Assembly: GCF_009914755.1 (NCBI RefSeq)
Contig: NC_060945.1
Source: the human T2T-CHM13v2.0 reference genome, Homo sapiens
DNA length: 64,000 bases
Strand: one strand, 5' to 3'
Each line of letters begins with the position of its first letter. Positions within the stretch are counted from its first letter, which is position 1. Shown in pieces: positions 55,951-64,000 of the stretch. Made by a program: the position numbers and the translations under genes. The notes beneath the pieces are model-generated. The model was given only the letters and a program-made list of their open reading frames with translations, was not told the origin of the DNA and ran no database searches.

Positions 55951-55984
55951 GTGTGGAGGAAATTCTTAAATAAAGAAACCTCAA

Positions 55985-57310
55985 ACTGGGCATGATGTTG
56001 CATGCCTGTAATTCCAGGTACTGTGGCCAGAGGATCTCTTGAAGAGCCCAGGAGTTTGAGTCCAACCTGGCAATATAGTGAGTTTCTGTTTTTTTTTTTT
56101 TTGTATTTGGATTTTTTTAATTTTTTTTTGTTATACTTTAAGTTCTAGGGTACATGTGCACAACGTGCAGGTTTGTTACATATGTATACATGTGCCATGT
56201 TGGTGTGCTGCACCCATTAACTCGTCATTTACATTAGGTGTATCTCCTAATGCTATCCCTCCCCTCCCCCCCACAACAGGCCCCGGTGAGTGATGTTCCC
56301 CTTCCTATGTCCAGGTGTTCTCATTGTTCAATTCCGACCTATGAGTGACAACATGCGGTGTTTGGTTTTTTGTCCTTGCAATAGTTTGCTGAGAATGATG
56401 GTTTCCAGCTTCAACCATGTCCCTACAAAGGACATGAGCTCATCCTTTTTTATGGCTGCATAGTATTCCATGGTGTATATGTGCCACATTTTCTTAATCC
56501 AGTCTATCATTGATGAACATTTGGGTTGGTTCCAAGTCTTTGCTATTGTGAATAGTGCCGCAATAAACATATGTGTGCATGTGTCTTTATAGCAGCATGA
56601 TTTATAATCCTTGGATATATACCCAGTAATGGGATGGCTGGGTCAAATGGTATTTCTAGTTCTAGATCCTTAAGGAATCGCCACACTGTCTTCCACAATG
56701 GTTGAACTAGTTTACAGTCCTACCAACAGTGTAAAAGTGTTCCTATTTCTCCATATCCTCTCCAGCACCTGTTGTTTCCTGACTTTTTAATGATCTCCAT
56801 TCTAATTGGTGTGAGATGGTATTTCATTGTGGTTTTGATTTGCATTTCTCTGATGGCCAGTGATGATGAGCTTCTTCATGTGTCTTTTGGCTGCATAAAT
56901 GTCTTCTTTTGAAGTGTCTGTTCGTATCCTTCGCCCACTTTTTGATGGGGTTGTTTGTTTTTTTCTTGTAAATTTGTTTAAGTTCATTGTAGATTCTGGA
57001 TATTAGCCCTTTGTCAGATGAGTAGATTACAAAAATTTTCTCCCATTCTGTAGGTTGCCTGTTCACTCTGATGGTAGTTTCTTTTGCTGTGCAGAAGTTC
57101 TTTAGTTTAATTAGATCCCATTTGTCAATGTTGGCTTTTGTTGCCATTGCTTTTGGTGTTTTAGACATGAAGTCCTTGCCCATGCCTATGTCCTGAATGG
57201 TATTGCCTAGGTTTTCTTCTAGGGTTTTTATGGTTTTGGGTCTAACATTTAAGTCTTTAATCCATCTTGAATTAATTTTTCTTTCTATTTCTAAAAAAAA
57301 ATTTAAAAAT
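55985..57310 (+). mobile_element. FLAM/Alu monomer split by an L1PA (parts 55985-56090 and 57282-57310)
   Basis: CTGGGCATG..GCCTGTAATTCCAG..GCCCAGGAGTTTGAG..GCAATATAGTGAG; its A-rich end CTAAAAAAAAATTTAAAAA follows the L1. Confidence 0.7.
56091..57281 (-). mobile_element. 5'-truncated L1PA (about PA4-6), ~1.2 kb
   Basis: Antisense 3' UTR and ORF2 C-terminus ([16 protein letters not shown].., MFIAALFTIAKTWNQPKC..); flanking TTTCTGTTT / TTTCTATTT TSD. Confidence 0.95.
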
Positions 57311-59946
57311 CTTATTCAAAATTTCAGGAGTTGACTTCAATTCCAGAAGTTTGGATAGCTTTAAGACTGACATATTAACAAGATTATTGCCCCCCTAGTG
57401 GTTCCAAATTTGCCTGGGAGTAGTTTGATAGTGATGCACCATTTCAGAAAGGATGAGGGAAGTGTATTAGAAAGGAGATTTCTAGTGGTGAGTTTGGATT
57501 TTTTCTCACATGCAAAACAATGAAACTTTAGTAAAATTTGTAAAAGCAAAAAATAGAAAGACTCTGACTTTTTTCAGTGATGTGCCTCTACCTAATTAGC
57601 TCAATTGCATCATTTTTTATTCCCCAGGAAATAATTGTTCTGGACATTTCCTCTCCAACCACTCTAAGATCTTTCATTTCACTATGTAATTCTTGTTTCA
57701 ATAACATATATTAATATGTTAATAATATTTCTGCAATTTTTAATCTCTTATGATAATGTCATAGATCAAAACAGCTCATGCAATATTACTTGTTACTGAT
57801 TGCCTTGGGTATTTTAATAGTGTCTTAACACTTGAAATAAAACAAAAATTAGGATATCTTTAATCACATGCCCACTCCTTTTCTCTTTTCATCTCCATGC
57901 CTCTCTTTTCTCATCTTATTATTATATTCTTATCCAGTCAGTACAACTTCAGATCTTGTGCTGCTCATCACCACATCCACTCAGAAATACAAAGTATTGA
58001 TATGTTCTCATTAAAGTCTCAGTCCTGTTTAACTCATCAGTGTAAGCATATAGTTGTGTCTCGGACTGGTTGTCACACCACACACTGTGTTATAAACAGG
58101 CACAGAAGGTGCTCAGTCTTTGCCCATTAACCTTGGGAATGGCTATTTGTTGCATCCAAGAAGGCTCTATGTATGTCTACACTTTGTTTGATAGGGTGAT
58201 TGTAAGAGGATTACAAGTTACATAAGCAGGCAGAATAATCTCCTAATTAGAGATAGGGCTAGAAATCAATTCCTCTTTGTACAACATAATGACAATGCCT
58301 TTTAAACATTTAAAGGTTCTTTCTGAGCAGTAGATCTTGTCACTATTGCTCATTAACTTCTCAGCCAATGTTATGTGGGTCATGGTAGCTTTGTGTACAT
58401 TGCAAATATTACAAGTCAGTCACATTTAAATTTACTGTCTATTTTAAGATTTGAAAATGTTGCTTGATTCTAGTCAAAGAAAGCAATACATAACATTTGC
58501 AACAAAAGAGCTTATGGAAAAAAAGACATCATTAACCTGTGAGATCTATGTTAGTCAGAGTTTCATCTCTATTTACATACAGATGCAGTGTACACACATA
58601 CACACAGATACTCTTCCTCTGTTTATTAAAACTTTCATGTAATAGTGGCTGGCACAATAACATAAAATTATTCCTATGAAATAACATACTTTTATTTATT
58701 TTTCCTGATTTTTAAAAATGAACAAAACAAGTTGTTAGTCCATTTCTATAGAATTAGCTTCCCAAATGAAGAATTCATTCAAAATTGTTTGAAGGACTTG
58801 AATAATTATTGATTCACTGAACACAATGACATATAATATCTATGCACAAATGCAAGTTTCACACATAGGCAATGGGAAAACCATTAGTTTTAAAAATGTT
58901 TCTGTATTTTCTCCACAGAGCTAGAGATTGTATTACTTTCATTCATTCTTCATTTTCTTTCAAATAAACATTATACCATGTGGTTAGCTGGAAATGTACT
59001 TAAAATGTCTATAAAGCCTGAGACAAATTTCATTTCAGAAATAAAAGCATATATGGAGGAAATAGGATGGGATTATTTGGGAAGTAACTCATTGAATCAC
59101 TAATTAACTCTACATAGAAACACTGATGTTAGAAAAAGGAAGAAGGAAAGAAAGAAATATGTTCGTGAGATCTATTGTAGAGTTTCCTTTGTAATTAAAG
59201 AATCAATTAACAAATATAAAATACAATATCTTTGAACTTATTAATAATTAACTTTCTGGCCCACAGATTTAATAGTTAAGTTTTTCTAATAATGGCAGGT
59301 GGAAGATAAATGAATAACAATCTTAGTTCTTTGCTGGAGTTCAATACAATAGTCAGATATACCACACATGTATAAGTATAATCACATGCATATTTGCAAG
59401 TTTACCCAATAATATACAATTATATATGTTTGACTCTATGTGTCAGTATTTATATAACTTCTAGCACCATAGAACTGTGCATTTTCATAAAGATACAGTT
59501 TTCTTCTGGAAACAAATCCTAGTATTTTAATTTTGGCTATCATATTAAAAATTAAACAATACAGAGGCAATAATTCTCAAGATGTTTTAGTTCCTGTATA
59601 AGCGATCATCTTCACTTTATATGTTTGGGATAGCAAAGATAAAATTTTCATGAATGCTATATATCTTACACTTCTTTCTTCTTTATACTTGCTCTGCAAA
59701 AAGGCAAACTTTTCTATAAAGGCACCAGATATTCTATAAATGTGACAGATATTTGAATTACTAAATAAATTGCATACCCAATAAAATTAGTCTATATATA
59801 CACCCTCAATAACTATGAAACAAAATTTGAAATAGACCTTCTTTTACCCTGATTTAATTTATTTATTCGTTTAATTTTTGGTCTTCCAGAATATTGGGTA
59901 CATTCTTAAAACAGGTGGAATGGGGAATGGAGACAAGTATCAGGAG

Positions 59947-60206
<260 letters not shown>

Positions 60207-61642
60207 TTATTAAGAAATAACTGCATGACTTTCTCATTTTAGCCTTTGTAAAAAGAAAGCTGAACATTCATTAGAATGAAGGACTGTAAAGAATGCTGTC
60301 AGTTTTAGCCCTCAAGACATATTTTGAAGATATTTGTAAGAAAATGGGAAAAGCATCTCTCTCCTTCTTTATCTGAATACTGCTGAGTTAAACATCATGT
60401 GGGTTGTATGTACTGTTACAAGAACCTAGACACTTGGTAGGGCACTGAAGAGCTTTGGGAAACCCTCACAAGTCCTCAGGAATTTGGGAAGAATAGAGAC
60501 TTCTGTCTGCTTTTCACCTGCTTCTCAAAAACGTACACAGCAGGAGATCCTAATTTTGATTATGTTCCCTGATGAAGCTGTGCTCAGAGAGCACAAAACC
60601 AGTGAAGTGATGTTTTTACTTTCTTCTCCTGCCTTCTCTCTCCTCCTCTGAGCCTGAAGTGTCCATAGCCAGCAGGATCGAAAGGTGACGGGGTGGAAGA
60701 TGAGTAATGAGAACATCTCATTGCCCAACTCCCCGTCCAAATTGTGCACCAGGCCTGACCTGCAGGATGGGAGAACTTAGAATCGAGTGCAAATTAGTTT
60801 TGGTTTAGATTGGATTGGTCTTTCATACTGAACATGAAGCCAAACCTAAGCTAAAAGGTTACAGAAAACTATTTATTATGTAAGATATGTACACCAAGGA
60901 TGGAAAATGGAATTCTGACAAAACATTTGTAAAGACCATGGTGGGATAAAAATGGTAAAAAGCATAATTATCAGATTGTTTATTAGTGATCCCCACACAT
61001 TAAGTAAATTGCCTCTGCCTAAAAGTAGTTAGGTTTCAGGAAAACTCTTCTACTCAGAATACAGAGAGGCAAGAGCAGAGACTCAACGCTGTTCGTGTGA
61101 AGAATATGGGACTTTTCCCCAACAGCAATCATTTACCTATCACTTTTTTCTCGTTGCCAAAAATCTAATAATTGAATATTGTTTGGGGAAAGTATTTCAT
61201 AGAAAATCTTCATGAAGACACAAATGTAGATGTGTACACTACTATTACTATGTAGTCCTAAATTATTAACTATGACAGGTGCCTTAAAATTACTAGCTTT
61301 CTCCAAAAAAATACTTTACACTGTCAAGGAAGGTTTTTGAATAACAAGTTCTATAAATCTGAAAACCAAAGACAATTATCATTACATCACGGAATGCCAG
61401 ATGTAATAGGCTAATCAGAAGAAGGCTGATCCTCCTAAGAAATTTCCAGTTCCTCCCAATTAAGCCACACACCTAGATGAACATATGTGATGTAGAGTGG
61501 CTGAAGGAGGGGAGATTTTTAGAAAAGAAAAAACTGGGCAACAATATTTAAGGTTAATAAAGATTTGATTATATTCTATTATATTTTATATTTGTAGTGA
61601 CTCATATGAGCATAAAAACACATATAAAAAATTGATTGACTT

Positions 61643-62004
<362 letters not shown>

Positions 62005-62614
62005 TTAATCTATTGAACATTAAAACAAATGAACCAAAAGCATAAAAACATCATACTCAGTGGTATGGTGCCAATTGCTATGAATTCAGTTCCACCCTGA
62101 ACTAAATAGCAACCAGTACATAATTATCAGAAAATTTAAAATGACACATAATTTGCAGAAAAGACAAAAAGGTTGCCAACATTTTAAGATAATATACCAA
62201 AATATCTATATTTTTATTCATTTATTAAAGTAAAAAAGTTTGTCAATGTGCAGAAATCAAAGGCACATTATAGATTAGCAATGTAGCTATGTACTTTTAA
62301 GAATATTCCATTTAAACTATCATCAAAGTATGACATCTATAGGAATAAATACAACTAAAGTTGTCTAAAATCTTAACGGTAAAAATTTTAAGACTTCGAA
62401 GAAATTTATAAGATATATTTTTAATAACAATGATACCTATAAATTTAATTTAATGTTCAGAATACGTAAGAATTACAATGAGCCACTAAGAAAAAACATT
62501 TGCAAAAAAAGAGCAAAATATATCAACTAGAACTTCATTCGTGAAGAAGCATGTTATTATGTAGAAGAATACAAATTAAATTGCAGAGATACAATTTTAT
62601 AATCATCACCAAAA

Positions 62615-62712
62615 GGATGGAGAAGTAGAAGAGAAGGAGGAAGAGGAAGAGGAAGAGGAGGGCAGGAAGATGAGGAAGAGAAGGAAGAGAAGGTAGAAAA
62701 TAAAAGAAAAAA
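62615..62712. repeat. GA-rich low-complexity (GAGGAA-like)
   Basis: Purine-rich tract on the + strand. Confidence 0.8.
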
Positions 62713-62929
62713 AGGATATTACCAGTATTTGTTATCATGAAGAAGTATTACTCAGTAGAACCACTTATAACTGGTTGGCATCACCTATTAAAGTATAACA
62801 TGACTGAGTGCATCCTACAACCGAGAAAATGTCTTGCTAAGTATATATTCTAGAGAAACTCATCTTCATTTATAAAGAAGGGTTTTTTTAATTAAAAATA
62901 TTCAAGTTTCAACCTTGCATCAGAAACTG

Positions 62930-63570
62930 ATCAAGATATTAAAAATGCAACAGTGAGCAAAATGCAGTTCTCTGGTTTCTTGGAGTTTTAATTCCATTGG
63001 GAGAAATAAATATTAACATACCTATATAAAATACTTCAGACCAGGCACAGTGGTTCATGCCTGTAATCCCAGCACTTCGGGAGGCCGAGGCGGGCAGATC
63101 ACGAGGTCAGGAGTTTGAGACCAGCCTGACCAACATGGTGAAACCTCGTCTCTACTAAAAATACAAAAATTAGCTGGGCGTGGTGGTGGGTGCCTGTAAT
63201 CCCAGCTACTCGAGAGGCCGAGGCAGGAGAATCGCTTAAACCCGGAGATGGAGGTTGCAGTGAGCGAAGATCGTGCCACTGCACTCCAGCCTGGGTGACA
63301 GAGCCAGACTCTGTTTCAAACAAACAACCCAAAAAACCCACAAAATACTTCAGATGTTGATAAGAAAAGGAAAGCAGTCAGGGCAGGCAATAAGTAGTGG
63401 AAATTGACCTGAGACATTTTCCCCAGAAATGACAATTTGGGAAAAAGGTTTAAATGAGGTAAAGGAGACAGCTCTGCATATTTGAGGATGAGGATTTCAG
63501 GCATAGGAAACAGCATGTGCAAAGAACAGGCGACATGAATGCCTGAAAATTTTGAGGAACAGCATGTCCG
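62930..63570 (-). mobile_element. L2 remnant split by Alu
   Basis: CAGTGAGCAAAAT..TTGGAGTTTTAATTCCATTGGGAGA before the Alu; CAGGCATAGGAAACAGCATGTGCAAAG..TTGAGGAACAGCA after it. Confidence 0.65.
63039..63341 (+). mobile_element. AluSg-like
   Basis: GATCACGAGGTCAGGAGTTTGAG; TSD AAAATACTTCAGA (63028-63040, 63342-63354). Confidence 0.95.
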
Positions 63571-63678
63571 GAATTTTGACAGTAGCTGGTTTCTCTGAAA
63601 GAAAAATATGAAAACATCTCTCATTTACATTACTAGTGAAATGAATAAATTATGCTACATTTGTGAAAAATAATATTC

Positions 63679-64000
63679 TTTTTTTTTAATCATACTTTAA
63701 GTTTTAGGGTACATGTGCACAATGTGCAGGTTTGTTACATATGTATACATGTGCCATGTTGGTGTGCTGCACCCATTAACTCATCATTTAATATTAGGTA
63801 TATCTCCTAATGCTGTCCCTCCCCCCTCCCCCCACCCCACAACAGGCCCCGGTGTGTGATGTTCCCCTTCCTGTGTCCATGGGTTCTCATTGTTCAATTC
63901 CCACCTATCAGTGAGAACATACAGTGTTCAGGTTTTGTCCTTGCGATAGTTTGCTGAGAATGATGGTTTCCAGCTTCATCCATGTCCCTACAAAGGACAT
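63679..64000 (-). mobile_element. L1PA (about PA4-5) 3' end, continues beyond the window
   Basis: ATACTTTAAGTTTTAGGGTACATGTGCACAATGTGCAGG...; 3' UTR G-rich tract on the minus strand. Confidence 0.95.

Noticed and set aside
56328-57183. L1 ORF2 C-terminal ORFs
   Set aside because: A frameshifted, 5'-truncated L1PA that cannot be functional.

Overview
AT-rich, CpG-poor primate (human-like) non-coding DNA, either intergenic or deep intronic. I find no credible protein-coding gene, structural RNA gene, CpG island or CRISPR-type system. The ORF-track entries I could assign translate Alu, L1, MaLR/ERV or simple repeats; the rest are short and match no protein I recognise. The window is mostly transposable elements: about 15 Alus (J/S/Y, many with TSDs), truncated L1PA/L1MA/L1MC/L1ME pieces, L2/MIR relics, MaLR LTRs (THE1D, MSTA, MLT1), a near-complete MSTB provirus, ERV1 solo LTRs (LTR9, MER66-like) and DNA transposons (MER82, MER63, MER20, Tigger3). 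Subfamily names come from my recall of consensus sequences and need RepeatMasker/Dfam confirmation. The notable structures are two long, near-perfect hairpins in apparently unique DNA (53-bp arms at 49.6 kb, 38-bp arms at 18.1 kb), a nested pair of twin-primed L1 insertions with a probable 24-nt 3' transduction (15.2-16.0 kb), a ~250-bp non-tandem local duplication (32.5/33.7 kb), a probable Alu-associated deletion junction (53.4 kb), and candidate non-coding exons and enhancers. I see no evidence for a novel multi-gene system.
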